Positions 1 to 12,634 of a DNA stretch of 64,000 nt are shown in pieces. The stretch comes from Octopus vulgaris (Eukaryota): positions 744,001 to 808,000 of the forward strand of contig OX597814.1 in NCBI GenBank assembly GCA_951406725.2, read 5' to 3'. Position 1 is the stretch's first letter. The number at the start of each line of letters is the position of its first letter. The notes under the pieces were generated by a model. The model was not told the origin of the DNA. It searched no databases and saw only the letters and a list, made by a program, of their open reading frames with translations. A program made the position numbers and the translations under genes.

Positions 1-507
1 ATGACCCCGCAGCCGACGCTCCGGAGCAGGAGTGAAGAACAGCTCTTTCGAAAGGTTACACTTCCCGCTTATGATGTTGTGGGCGAGAATGAGATCACCA
101 CGGCGGCGGCGTTTTCAAGAGAATAAAGGTCGAGCGTCCTCAGCCTTTCTTCGTAGGACAAATTTTTGAGACCATGAACCAGGCGGGTAGCCAGCCTCTG
201 GACTCTTTCGAGGTGCTGTATGTCTTTGAGGAGATAAGGAGAAGAGGCTTGAATCCCATACTCCAATATGGGTCTCACCAGCGTGACATAGAGTGGCAGG
301 AATATGGCTGCTGTGAGCATTCCGAATGACCGTCGAATCAAAAACAATTCCGCACGCTTTGTTGGCAGCATGGACGCACTGGGCCAAAGGCGAAAAGGAG
401 GAATCCACCAAGATACCCAGGTCCTTTACCTGATCGGTCCTCTCCAGCAGCAGACGACCCGGCTCGAAATCAAGTTGAGTTGTAGGAGTAGAGCCGACAG
501 GCAGATG
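1..507 (-). mobile_element. CR1-like LINE, RT C-terminal fragment, frameshifted; runs off window start
   Basis: KDLGILVDSSFS...LYVTLVRPILEYGIQASSPYLLKDIQHLERVQRLATRLVHGLKNLSYEERLRTLDLYSLE, then RRRRGDLI in another frame. Confidence 0.85.
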
Positions 508-1020
508 TTACATTCTGAGTTCAAATTCCGCCAAGGTCTGCTTTGCCTTTCATTCTTTCGGAGTCGATTAAATAAGTACCAGTTACGCACTGGGGTCGAT
601 ATAATCGACTTAATCTGTTTGTCTGTCCTTGTTTGTCCCCTCTGTGTTTAGCCCCTTGTGGGCAATAAAGAAATAGGTATTTCATCTGTCTTTACTTTCT
701 GAGTTCAAATTCCGCCATGGTCGACTTTGCCTTTCATGCTTTTGGGGTCGATTAAATAAGTACCAGTTACGCACTGGGGTCGATATAATCGACTTAATTC
801 GTATGTCTGTCCTTGTTTGTCCCCTCTGTGTTTAGCCCCTTGTGGGCAATAAAGAAATAGGTATTTCGTCTGCTGTTATGTTCTGAGTTCAAATTCCGCC
901 ATGGTCGACTTTGCCTTTCATCCTTTCAGGGTCAATAAACTAAGTACCAGTCGCATACTGGAGTAAATCTAATCAACTGGCCCCTTCCCCAAAAATTTAA
1001 GGCCTGTGCCAAGAGTAGAA
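508..1020 (+). mobile_element. Three tandem partial copies of SINE-B (tRNA-derived, GCCTTTCATCCTTTCGGGGTCGA central domain)
   Basis: Repeated TTCTGAGTTCAAATTCCGCC (B-box-like); the first two copies end GCCCCTTGTGGGCAATAAAGAAATA. Confidence 0.85.
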
Positions 1021-1227
1021 ACGAATTTACAAGAAGTCGAATTCAAAAGTGGGTTACTTGTTCAGTTTGTAATGAAATTTTTGTCATATTTTGACAGCTG
1101 TCAAACCCAAATGTTTTGTGTTAAATGCTACCAGCTAATTTCTCTATTACTGTTCATGACACCCGTTTCTGTGAAGACTTTTGCCCCATATTTCTGTGAA
1201 CTGCATGCCCCAGACATCTTAAAAACT

Positions 1228-1620
1228 TGTGTCAGTCATTGGACTGAGGTCATGCTGGAGCGGCGCCTTGAAGGATTTTAAGTCAAATGAATTGAGCCAA
1301 GTACGTTTTTTTTAAAGCCTGATACATATTCTATCAATCACTTTTGCTAAACTGCTAGGTTACAAAAACATAAACAAACTAACACTGGTTGTCAAGAGAT
1401 GGTAGGGTCGCACACACACACACAAACACAGCCACATGCACACACATGCAAACATACGACAGGGTTCTATCAGTTTCCATCTGCCAAATCCACCCACAAG
1501 TTTTCGGTTGACCTGAGACCATAGTAGAGAAGACATTTGTCCAAGGGGTCACACAATGGGACCAAATCCAGGACGATGTGGTTGGGAAGCAAATGTCTTA
1601 CCACGCAGCCACATCTGCCC
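1228..1620 (-). mobile_element. SINE-A (tRNA head plus CORE-like domain), diverged
   Basis: Similar to the full copy at 12239-12636. Confidence 0.75.
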
Positions 1621-2021
1621 CTAAAATAAGAGAAGGTTCCGGCACAAATTCAAGGTCTTCAGCATGTGAAGCAGATGCAATAACCGCAACCATTGAAATG
1701 GTTTCGTAAACTTGTAAACAAAAGACAATCAGAAGCAGCCCAGCAGGTAGAATAATGGTGAAGGATGGAGAATATAGTAAAAGAAGAAATATTTTCCCAG
1801 ATGAGTTCCTCTGGGTCAGTGGTTCTCAAAATGCCAAATACCTGTCTTCCAGGTATCTTCACCTGCACAATGTAAAGGAAATATTTAGACTCCTTTATTA
1901 ATGAAAAAACAAGAAAGTTGGCTTCCATAAAATTCTTTCTTTCTCTTTTTTCTTTGTTGTTGATGGTATTGCAGATGTTAAACAGGTAGAAGTCTTTTAA
2001 AACCATTTTAATTTTCTTCAA

Positions 2022-2483
2022 CCCATTTTGTTACCATATTTCTATTAAAATATTTTGTGTTTCTTTCAATTACTTTAAATATAACAAAGAACTTAGTAAA
2101 ATAACTTGGTTATCATTAAACTAGTGTTAGGAACATAAATTGTGACTAAGGTTTGGTGGAAGATTTTTTTTTAAAACAAGACATTTGTACTCAGTGCCAG
2201 AGGTGGATTTAGTCAGGTCAGTATGAAAAGGGTTAAATTAATCATTTGTTAACCCTTTTGTTACCATATTTCTGTTGAAATACTCTGCGTTTCATTCAAT
2301 TAATTTTAAATATAACAAAGAATTTAGTAAAATAACTTTGTTATGATTAAGCAAGTGTCAGGAACATAAATTGTGACTAAGGTTTGGTGGAAGATTTTAA
2401 TTCAAAACTTATGAAAACAAAGACATTTGTACTATAGAGCCAGAGGCAGTTTCAGCTGGATTATCAGACCGAGTGCAAAAGGG
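2022..2483. mobile_element. Tandem dimer of piggyBac-like MITE
   Basis: CCCTTTT...AAAAGGG termini with TTAA flanks; two ~210-230 bp units. Confidence 0.8.
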
Positions 2484-3024
2484 TTAACTAAGGTAATTTT
2501 CAAAAGGGCTAACTAAGCTAATTTTCTGCATTATTTCTAAAAAAAACTGCTCAAAGCAGTCCCTGATTGTCTGAACTGTGTGGGGTCATGGATTAACACA
2601 ATGGAAAATGGTTAATTTTCTCTTCGTCAAGGAAGAAATTTTTCTTCTTTTGTTTCTTTTTCTTTTATTTGTTTTAATCTTAGGACTTCAGTAAATCTGA
2701 GGCAGTGCCTTGAATGGCTTTAGTTGAACAGATTAACCCCAGAACTAATTTTTTAAGCCTCATAGTTAATCTACTGGTCTCTTTTGCTGAATCGATAAGT
2801 CACAAGGATATAAACAAACCAATACCAGTTGTCAAGTAGAGGGGAGACAAACACAAACACACACACACATATATAATATATATGGCACACAAGGTACCAG
2901 ACAATGGGATTGGACCTAAAAACCATGAGGTTTCATAGCCATCTTCTTAACCACTCAGCCTCTACAAATCTACTTTCAAACACCATAGAGGCCGGCTGTA
3001 AACCTTAACCACGATACAGGTCTA

Positions 3025-3485
3025 TATTTAAGATATTCTGTACAGGAATTCTGTACATTATTTACATTTGATGGAGATTTGTTGTTTGTTGTCAACACAA
3101 CATTTCGGCTGACATACCCTCCAGCCTTCATCAGGTGTCTTGGGGAAATTTCAAACCTGGGTTCAATATTATTATTATTATTATTATTAATATTATTATT
3201 CAGGTCACTGAATTGAACTCGGAATCTTGGGGTTATTAGCTTATATTCTTAACCACTACACCATATGCCCATGGGCAATTTTGGAGTGAATTTTAGGGCT
3301 TATAAATCTAATATTCTCCTACCCTTCCTTAATACCGGTTCCCATATGCTACTCATATCTGCACTCGGTTTGCTTAGGAGGTTGTTGTGTCCTAGCATAT
3401 GTGCTGCTTCTCTTGGTTTTCGTATTTTCCTGTAGTCTTCTCTGCCTATTATTTCAACTTCATCCCACAGGGGGGGGGTCTCCAT
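3025..3485 (-). mobile_element. Penelope-like element 3' end: GIY-YIG C-terminus, tRNA-like box A/B segment, hammerhead tail
   Basis: ORF 3300-3485 PLWDEVEIIGREDYRKIRKPREAAHMLGHNNLLSKPSADMSSIWEPVL; then GGGCATATGGTGTAGTGGTTAAG...GAGTTCAATTC; then CTGATGA...GAAA. Confidence 0.8.
3094..3139 (-). ncRNA. Minimal type I hammerhead ribozyme motif, slightly degenerate
   Basis: GACAC-CTGATGA-A-GGCTG-loop-CAGCC-GAAATGTT-GTGTT. Confidence 0.7.
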
Positions 3486-3504
3486 TAGCTATGATTATTT
3501 GATT

Positions 3505-3875
3505 ATTAAAGCACCATCCATTCGTGGCCAAAGCCAGCCTCGCCTGGCCTCCATGCCGGCGGCACGTAAAAAGCACCATCCGATAGTGGCCGTTGCCAGC
3601 CTCGCCTGGCCCCCGTGCCGGTGGCACGTAAAAAGCACCATCCGTTCCGTGGCCGTTTGCCAGCTCTGTCTGGCACCTGTGCGGGTGGCACGTAAAAAGC
3701 ACCCACTACACTCATGGAGTGGTTGGCGTTAGGAAGGGCATCCAGCCATAGAAACACTGCCAGATCAGACTGGGCCTGATGCAGCCTTCTGGCTTCACAG
3801 ACCCCAGTTGAACCGTCCAACCCATGCCAGCATGGAAAACGGACACTAAATGATGATGATAATGATGATGATGAT
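3505..3875 (+). mobile_element. RTE LINE 3' UTR/tail fragment
   Basis: GTGCCGGTGGCACGTAAAAAGCACC units, GGCGTTAGGAAGGGCATCCAG, CCATGCCAGCATGG and (GAT)n; linked to RTE ORF at 50082. Confidence 0.85.
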
Positions 3876-4302
3876 TCCTTGTATATACCATCTTACACTC
3901 AACATGGTTTTGTTGACTGCAAGGCTGGTCTATCACAAGGGCTAAGAGACTGATAACAGTACTTAACTCATTCATTCTCATCTCTAGTAATAATTCCATT
4001 CAGAAAAGAGCAGGGGAGAAAAAAAATAGACACAGATCTCTCATGACTGCAAGGGCTCTCAATAATCAACTGTCTGTTGGTGTCATGTGACAGGTCATGT
4101 GGAATCCATTTTATGGTCTTTGGCATCAGTTTTCTAAACCATTTCAATTCATGATAGACAGATAGTTTATACAGTCAACCTAGAATTTCCTATTTAAATC
4201 CCTATCTGTAATGATAGGAATTTCTGTAACAGCAACTTCCATTGTTCTTTAATCAAATTCACAAGAACAATTCTCTCTTGATTCAACCTTCAGATCAGAA
4301 TT

Positions 4303-4520
4303 TGGATCTTTTCGCTTTGACCGACAGATTTTTAAAATAATTTCTTTGTAACTAAACACTTTTAAACTTCGTATACTGGTAGAATGTGTTACATAAAACA
4401 TCTTTTTCTCTTGGCTTTCTTGAGAAAATTCTGTAGTTTGTAAGCTATTTGTTGTTTAATTTCTTGCATTTCGGCAATTTCAACCAATCAATGATGTCTA
4501 TTGAGGTGAATACAATTTCT
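4303..4520 (+). mobile_element. Truncated copy of the Mutator-like MITE at 27418
   Basis: GGATCTTTTCG terminus and colinear internal sequence. Confidence 0.7.
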
Positions 4521-4759
4521 CCGGATCTTTGTCAACAACAAACTCCCAATTGTGAAATGGGAAAAACCAAATCCTACAATTTCTTTCATTTCATCTACAT
4601 CACACAAGTGCTTTGGTGTGATGTTCGTGTTGTCCAACCCTTGACCTCTTTATGAAATTGCAAAGCATAACATGAGGAATGTGGTTTTTTTTTATTACTC
4701 AGATCAAACGTGAGATCAGTTTAAAAGCTTTTTCTGAAAGTACAAGAAAAGCAATCCAT

Positions 4760-5070
4760 CAAAGAAGACCCATCAATCTGAGCAAAATCGCAGTTGTGGC
4801 AGATACTGGTGGCTGCAAATGGCACCTGTGCTGGTGGCACATAAAAGTACCCATTACTTTTATGGGTACTTTTAGTGGTTGGCATTAGGAAGAGCATCCA
4901 GCTGTAGAAAACCATGCCAAATCTAAAAATTGACACGAGGTTATTCAGCATTTTGATTTTTATCAGAGTCTGGTGCAGCCTTGCAGCTTCCCAGCCCTGG
5001 TCAAACCTTCCAAACCATGCCAGCATGGACAACAGACATTAAATAATGCTGATGATGATGATGATGATGA
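4760..5070 (+). mobile_element. RTE 3' tail fragment
   Basis: Same tail motifs and (GAT)n. Confidence 0.8.
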
Positions 5071-5647
5071 TTATGTCAACGACGATGATGATGAAACAGA
5101 ACTTAATTAAATCCTGTTCAACATTTTTGGCTCAAGAATCAGACAGATCTTTCATAACAACCTCACAGAAAAAAGTTCATTATCCCATTTATAAATTTCT
5201 TCCTTCTATTTCACAAAAGCATCGCTGAGTTTACATTGATAACTGATATTTCTAATAAATTTGATCAGTTTTACATCCTTCTGTCTCATATCTCATTATT
5301 TCTTTATCCTTTGATCTTACGATAGCTTGTATCAATTGAAAATAGTACCAAACATATCCCTTCGCTAATTGTTGCTCTGATTGGTCTTAAGATAATGACC
5401 AGTACTTAATTATAGCCCTATTCATGTATATCTTCTGTTATTTCATCATATAACAATTTTTTCATATACATCCTCGGTTACAAGTTTATTTGTGAAGTGA
5501 GCCATTCCTCTGTATTGGAATATTTTCATAGCATCAAGTTTGAGGTTTAAAATATGAAATCTTGAGTTACGAAAATGAGGAATTTGAAAGTGTGTGTGTG
5601 TGTGTCTTTAAAAGACATACATACACACACATATATATATATATATA

Positions 5648-5860
5648 GTTAATCCAAACATGAAAACACAAAGAGAAAACGCAACAACGCGAGGACGTGG
5701 GACAAATAAAGTATTATTGGACGCTCAGGAAGGAAGGGAAGAAGGAGGGTTTTACGTTTCGAGCGGAGCTCTTCGTCAGAAACATAGGAAAAGGAAAGAT
5801 ACAGAGAAGGGGAGACAGAGGAAAAAAAAATCACCAATGGTACACACGCGGTCACATTTA
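5648..5860 (-). mobile_element. Penelope-like terminal-repeat fragment (family 2) next to (TA)n
   Basis: Contains hammerhead; related copy at 49862-50075. Confidence 0.7.
5749..5783 (-). ncRNA. Minimal type I hammerhead ribozyme motif with intact core
   Basis: GTTT-CTGACGA-A-GAGC-TCC-GCTC-GAAACGTA-AAAC. Confidence 0.8.
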
Positions 5861-5927
5861 GCCGAAATGTCTTGTTCAGTTGTGCACCTGGTCTCACAGA
5901 AATATTAGATAATACCCCAAAACCGCA

Positions 5928-6216
5928 AAATGCTCATGTAGGACCTATAGTGAGCAGCCAGTTAAAGGCCAGTGCAACACAGAAGCTGTGGTCAATGAAG
6001 AAGTAGTGTTGATCAACACCAATGGAATGGCACGTACATAGAAATATGCTGTGACAAAGGAGGGCCCCTGTATGGCCAGATTGAATAATCACAGATCCTT
6101 CTTTAGACTTCAGGAAAGAAGGGATGTTGCAATTATAGCCAGCTATATATGGTGACTGAAAGTGGAAACGAAGCTGTATAACATCAACTGGAGATTAGTG
6201 GAAAGTTTGGGGCCAT

Positions 6217-6248
<32 letters not shown>

Positions 6249-7360
6249 TTAACGTCCGTTTTCCGTGCTAGCACGGGTTGGACGGTTCGACCGGGGTCTG
6301 GGAAGCCAGGGGCAGCACCAGGCTCCAGTCTGATCTGGCAGTGTTTCTACAGCTGGATGCCCTTCCTAACGCCAACGACTCCGCGAGTGTAGTGGGTGCT
6401 TTTTACGTGCCACCGGCACAGGTGCCAGGGGGGTCTGGCATCGGCCACGATTGGTTGGTGCTTTTAACGTGCCAACGGCACGGAAGCCAGCCAAGGCGGC
6501 ACTGGCATCGGCCACGTTCGGATGGTGCTTTTTATGTGCCACCGGCACAGAAGCCAGTCGAGGCGGCGCTGGCAACGGCCACGTTCGTTTTGTTTCTTTT
6601 TATGTGCCACTGGCACAGAAGCCAGCCAAGCGGCGCTGGCAGCGGCTACGATCGGTTGGTGCTTTTTATGTGCCACCGGCACGGAAGCCAGCCAAGGCGG
6701 CACTGGCATCGGCCACGTTCGGATGGTGCTTTTTATGTGCCACCGGCACAGAAGCCAGTCGAGGCGGCGCTGGCAACGGCCACGTTCGTTTTGTTTCTTT
6801 TTATGTGCCACTGGCACAGAAGCCAGCCAAGCGGCGCTGGCAGCGGCCACGATCGGTTGGTGCTTTTTATGTGCCACCGGCACGGAAGCCAGCCAAGGCG
6901 GCGCTGGCATCGGCCACGTTCGGATGGTGCTTTTTATGCGCCACTGGCACAGAAGCCAGTTGAGGCGGCGCTGGCAACGGCCACGTTCGTTTTGTTTCTT
7001 TTTATGTGCCACTGGCACAGAAGCCAGCCAAGCGGCGCTGGCAGCGGCCACGATCGGTTGGTGCTTTTTATGTGCCACCGGCACGGAAGCCAGCCAAGGC
7101 GGCGCTGGCATCGGCCACGTTCGGATGGTGCTTTTTATGCGCCACCGGCACAGAAGCCAGTTGAGGCGGAGCTGGCAACATCCACGTTCGGATGGTGCTT
7201 TTTATGTGCCACCAGCACAGGTATCACAACTACTAATTCCATTGATATTTGTTTCGATGTTCATTTAATGGAAATAGAATATGTCGGCTCTGCTTGACAG
7301 AGAGGAGACTCTTTCTAATTCACCTGATCAAACAATGCAGACAGGTGTATTGTTTATAGG
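5928..7360 (+). pseudogene. Degenerate Penelope GIY-YIG endonuclease, split by an RTE tail insertion
   Basis: KCSCR..PVKGQCNTEAVVNE..RLNNHRSFFRL..ASYIW*LK..YNINWRLVESLGPY (5928-6218), resuming NGNRICRLCLTERRL at 7267. Confidence 0.7.
6217..7262 (-). mobile_element. RTE 3' UTR with expanded tandem array
   Basis: (CAT)n tail at 6217; ~62-bp hairpin units with 186-bp higher-order period. Confidence 0.9.
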
Positions 7361-7649
7361 TAAAGGTACAAAATGTTAGGAAAGTATGTGAAGGTGAAAG
7401 CTTCACTGCTGTCAATGAACCAACCATTCATCCCATTTATAAAATATGTGGAAATGATTCATTTATCACTGGTTTTTTTTCTGTTTTCTCAACCAAATCC
7501 CGTGTTAAACGAGGATGGATGTATATGACCATGTAAAAATATAAAATATAGTTATATGAGACTCGTAAAGTTGGATAATAGGTAAAAAATAATAAAACAG
7601 CTGTATAGAAGACTGCTGTGGTTTACCCTCACTGGTGCTTCGTTGGTTA

Positions 7650-7880
7650 CCCCAATGATTTGATCAATAGAACAGCCTGCTTGTGAAATTAACATGAAAA
7701 TGGCTGAGTACTCCACGGACCTGCATACCCTTAACGTAGTTCTCAGGAAGATTCAGTGTAACACAGAATGTGACAAGGCTAGCCCCTTTTCAATTACTGG
7801 TACAACTCATTTTTGCCTGCTGAGTGAACTGGAGCAGCATGAAACAGAATGACTTGCTCAAGGACATAATGCACCACCAG
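7650..7880 (-). mobile_element. SINE-D partial
   Basis: Reverse match to 54520-54670. Confidence 0.65.
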
Positions 7881-8534
7881 TCCCTCCCTCTCCAACTGCT
7901 TCTGCTGTTTAGAAATCACACGATCCATGTACTTTCTTGATTTCAAAAAGCGAGTTTTTCAGATGTTGCCCTCATGAGAGCAAATACACTAAGAACATGC
8001 ATATGTATACATGCATGCATGTCATTTTATGTGTGGATCTGTATGCTTTGCTTTGACTATATATGTGTACAAATGCATAAGTTCATATGTCTTTTACTGG
8101 AATGTTTTGTATGTTTTCACAACCCCGTTAATGGTCCATAATTTTGATTTTTTAAAAATTAACAGCATCCTTCCAAGATTTGTGATGCCTAACTTCTCAA
8201 GCTTTGTGCTTTGCTCCATTAGCCTAAGTGGGTGGTGGTGGTCAGGATGTTGCACTTATGATTGTGAGAGTGCAGTTTCAATTCCTGGACCAAGCAACGC
8301 TTTGTATTCTTGAGCAAAACACTTCATTTCGTATTGTTACAGTCCATTCAGCTGGCAAAAATGGGAAATCCTGCAACACACTGGTTCCTATCCGATATAT
8401 ACACCACAGAATCCAGCAAACTGACCTTATGAGTCTATGGCTCGGGAAGGACCTTTGATCTGTTTAACCCAGGTGTAGTATGTGGAGGGTTTTCATTATA
8501 CCAGCAAAGATATTTCCTTTTTCTTTTATCATTA

Positions 8535-8810
8535 CCAGCATCGCCTTACTGGCACCTGTGCCGGTGGCACGTGTAAAAAGATTTGAGCGAGGTCATTGCT
8601 AGTACCACCTGACTGGCCCCGTGCAGGTGGCACGTAAAAAGCACCCACTACACTCTCGGAGTGGTTGACATTAGGAAGGGCATCCAGCTGTAGAAACCCT
8701 GCCAGATCAAGATTGGAGCCTGGTGCGGCCGTCTGGTTCGCCAGCCCTCAGTCAAAATCGTCCAACCCATGCCAGCATGGAAAGCGGACAGTAAACGATG
8801 ATGATGATGA
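8535..8810 (+). mobile_element. RTE 3' tail fragment
   Basis: Tail motifs and (GAT)n. Confidence 0.85.
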
Positions 8811-9203
8811 TTGTGTTCATGTCTGCTTCACAACTGATTTACTGCAACTATGAACTCTTCCTTTTCTTGGGTCCAGGTTATTATTTCTGGTCGATAGTAT
8901 TATTCTACCATTATTCCCTCATATTGTGAGTATTCCCCCAACAACACTCACTTATTTGTTCACTGTGAAGCAGAGAATGTGAATACAATGTTTGAATCTT
9001 ACATTGGATTCACCTGAAATTCTTTTAAAATAAACAAACATTTCAGCAACATCATAGAAATATTGATATATGCCTTTCTGGAAACAGATGTAGCTCTGAA
9101 AATAAGAAATTTAATTCTGATATCATTGGTAAATGAATTTGTTTTGTCAAACTGTTCAATTGTAATAACAAACCTTGATCACTCAATTTCTCTGAATCAT
9201 ATA

Positions 9204-9413
9204 CTCTTCTACTCTTTTACTTGTTTCAGTCATTTGACTGTGGCCATGCTGGAGCACCGCCTTTTAGTTGAGCAAATTGAGCCCAGGACTTATTCTTTGG
9301 AAGCCTAGTACTTATTCTGTCAGTCTCTTTTGTTGAACCGCTAAGTTCCGGGGATGCAAACACACCACCATCAGTTGTCAAGCAACGTTGGGGGTACAAA
9401 CACAAACACACAA

Positions 9414-9452
<39 letters not shown>

Positions 9453-9524
9453 CAAAAAGCACTATCCGACTCGTGGCCGATGCCAGCACCGCCTCGACTG
9501 GCTTCCGTGCCGGTGGCACATAAA

Positions 9525-9564
<40 letters not shown>

Positions 9565-9837
9565 TGCTTCCAGATCCCTGGTATATATGGAGAACAGACG
9601 TTTTTATTATTATTTTATTTTGCAATTTACTTAATCATCGGTATATTATTGTTATTATAATTTTAATATTTCTATTATATGTAATTTTCTAGATGGTGTA
9701 ATTTAATTGTTCATTTTGAATTGATAAAAGGTGTTTTCTTTCTAATTTATATATATATATTTATATTATATTATGTGAAATTTGATTTAGTATTTGAATT
9801 TTTCCCAGTAAGTTAGGAATAATATTCCCTCAAATAA

Positions 9838-9889
<52 letters not shown>

Positions 9890-10080
9890 TATATACACAC
9901 ATACATACACATATACAACAGGCTTTTTTCAGTTTCCGTCTGCCAAATCCACTCGCAAGGCTTTGGTCAGCCTGAGGCTATAGTAGAAGACACTTGCCCA
10001 TGGTGCCACGCAGTAGGAATGAAACCGGAACCATGTGGTCGGTAAGCAAGCTACTTCCCACACAGCCACTCCTGCGCCTA
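9204..10080 (-). mobile_element. SINE-A split in its internal microsatellite by later insertions
   Basis: 3' half 9204-9420; 5' half 9915-10080. Confidence 0.75.
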
Positions 10081-10495
10081 TGAAATATATTTTTTCATAT
10101 AAATCTTTCTCTTCTAAATTGAAACTGTAAACCAATTTCTAATCACAGGCATAAATGTTTCCACACACTTAAATATCTTCAACCATTTGTTACATGACAA
10201 AGGCTGGACACTTTGCATGAAATGATTTCCCTTTGTAAGCAGTGTTGTCGAAATACAAGTGTTGCAACTTTAGGAAAAGTATGAACCATAATTGTTTTCT
10301 TCCCATGAGAACCACTTTGTCTCTGACTCCTCGTCTGAATTTATTGGGATAATTTCATTTATAATTACTTAAGGTTTTATTAACAACAAATTTTTATAAG
10401 CAGAAAAGAAAAAGAAGAAAACATTAAATGCATAAAAGATCAAATTATTGCGAGAAAAAAAACCTAACTGCCTCACCAAGGTTGTGAACCATCAT

Positions 10496-10657
10496 AGGTG
10501 CAGGAGTGGCTGTGTGGTAAGTAGCTTGCTTACCAACCACATGGTTTTGGGTTCAGTCCCATTGTGTGGCACCTTGGGTAAGTGCCTTCTACTATAGCCT
10601 CAGGCCGACCAAAGCCTTGTGAGTAGATTTGGTAGATGGAAACTGAAAGAAGCCCGT

Positions 10658-10720
<63 letters not shown>

Positions 10721-10865
10721 TTAGTGGTTGTAGTAACCAACTTAGGGATAAAATATCTGTATATACTATCAGTATCCATTACCTGTGTTAACCCCAGGCA
10801 ATGGTGTGCAGGTTCTATCGATGAGCTGGTTAATCTATGTTTTTCTCCATTTGTATGTATATATA

Positions 10866-10905
<40 letters not shown>

Positions 10906-11120
10906 TATGTATGTATGTTTGTGTGTTTGTCTCCCCAACATTGCTTGACAACCGATGCTGGTGTGTTTGTGTCCCTGTAACTTAGCAGTTTGGCAAAATT
11001 GACTGACAGAATAAGTAGTAGGCTTACAAAGAATAAGCCCTAGGGTTAATTTGTTTGACTAAAGGTGATACTTCAGCATGGCTGCAGTCAAATGACTGAA
11101 ACAAATAAAAGAATAAAAGA
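10496..11120 (+). mobile_element. SINE-A full length
   Basis: GGTGCAGGAGTGGCTGTGTGGTAAG head, GGTTCAGTCCC B-box, GGCACCTTGGGTAAGTG CORE-like, CAGCATGGC tail. Confidence 0.85.
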
Positions 11121-11134
11121 ATTAGATTTACCTA

Positions 11135-11410
11135 GAAAGGCCCCCCCTCTGAGGTACAAGTCCAAGCAAGTTTGTTTATGGAAGACCAGCAGTTACCCAT
11201 GCATACCAGCCTCCCCTCTTCCCATTATCCAAGAGTAAGACAGAGGCCGATATAGCTTGGCACCAATGACATCACAACTCATTTCTACAGCTGAATGACC
11301 TGGAACAATGTGAAATAAAGTGTTCTGCTCCACACAGCCCAGTCCAGGAATTGAACTCACTATATCATGATTGTGAGCCCAATGCTCTAACCACTGAGTC
11401 ATGCACCTTC
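11135..11410 (-). mobile_element. SINE-C (tRNA head)
   Basis: Reverse match to 63558-63903. Confidence 0.75.
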
Positions 11411-12238
11411 ACATAATCAACTTGTATCATAGAGAAAATATTTTTCCCAGTGGTCCTTATTACTGCAATTCAGAAAACTTTGGAACAGCTGCAAAAGCAT
11501 TCACTTCCTAACCACAGGTATGACAACATTTTTAATAATAATAAAAAAAAAACATATAACTATCTTACTCTACCACACCCAATGTTACACAATCTTCAGA
11601 CGAAATGAACCAAAGCCAACGGCTGTAAATTATAACCCTGAGCTGTTTCTGCTTTATAAGACCTGACTCTTAGTACCATGTACTTTGTCAATGGTGCTGC
11701 TTGCACTTTAGTACAATAATTACTGTATATATTAATATATATATATATATATATACACTTTCACACACACATCAGTATAATTGTTTACATTATAGCTAAT
11801 TAGATAATTGCAGTATAGATATAATTAACTATTTCTTTTATAGCTAATTGTGCTATATTTTTGTGTGTGTGTCTGTCTGTCTGTGTGTCTGTCTGTCTCT
11901 CCCTCTCTATTTATCTATCTATCTATTCTCACTCTCTCTGTATTATATATATATATATATATTCTTTTATATGTTTATATGTTTCAGCGTATGAAAAGGG
12001 GTGACAGTGATTTTGAGGTTTCAGCTTGCTAGCCTTTGTCGGGGCCGGCAGAGAAAAACTTCAAAGTCCCTGTCACCCCTTCCCTTACAAAAAGCATAAT
12101 AAATATGTACTCTATAGAAAGCTTTGAATAATTCCTCAGTGTAATACTAAATTTTTTTGAAACAACTTGACATACAAAACAAATATTAATATACAAACAC
12201 ACACATACACACACACATATATATACATATATATATAT

Positions 12239-12634
12239 AGGCACAGGAGTGGCTATGTGGTAAGTAGCTTGCTTACCAACCACATGATTCTGAGTTCAGT
12301 CCCACTGCATGGCACCTTGGGTAAGTGTCTTCTACCATAGCCTTGGGCCAACCAAAGTCTTGTGAATGGATTTGGTAGAGGGAAACTGAAAGAAGCCTGT
12401 CGTATATTAATGTATATGTATGTTTGTGTGTTTGTGTTTGCCCCCCCACCACCACCACCAACATCACTTGACAACCAATGTTTGTGTGTTTACATCCCCG
12501 TAACTTAGTGGTTCGGCAAAAAGAGACCAATAGAATAAGTACTAGACTTACAAAGAATAAGTCCTGAGGTCAGTTTGTTTGACTAAAGGTGGTGCTCCAG
12601 CATGGCCACAGTCAAATGACTGAAACAAATGAAA

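Noticed and set aside
1659-2021. 120-aa ORF or exon
   Set aside because: No recognisable domain; splice signals ambiguous.
6400-7220. CRISPR-like hairpin repeat/spacer array and 339-aa ORF
   Set aside because: The spacers themselves repeat with a 186-bp period, there are no cas genes, and the array is part of an RTE UTR; the ORFs are repeat artefacts.
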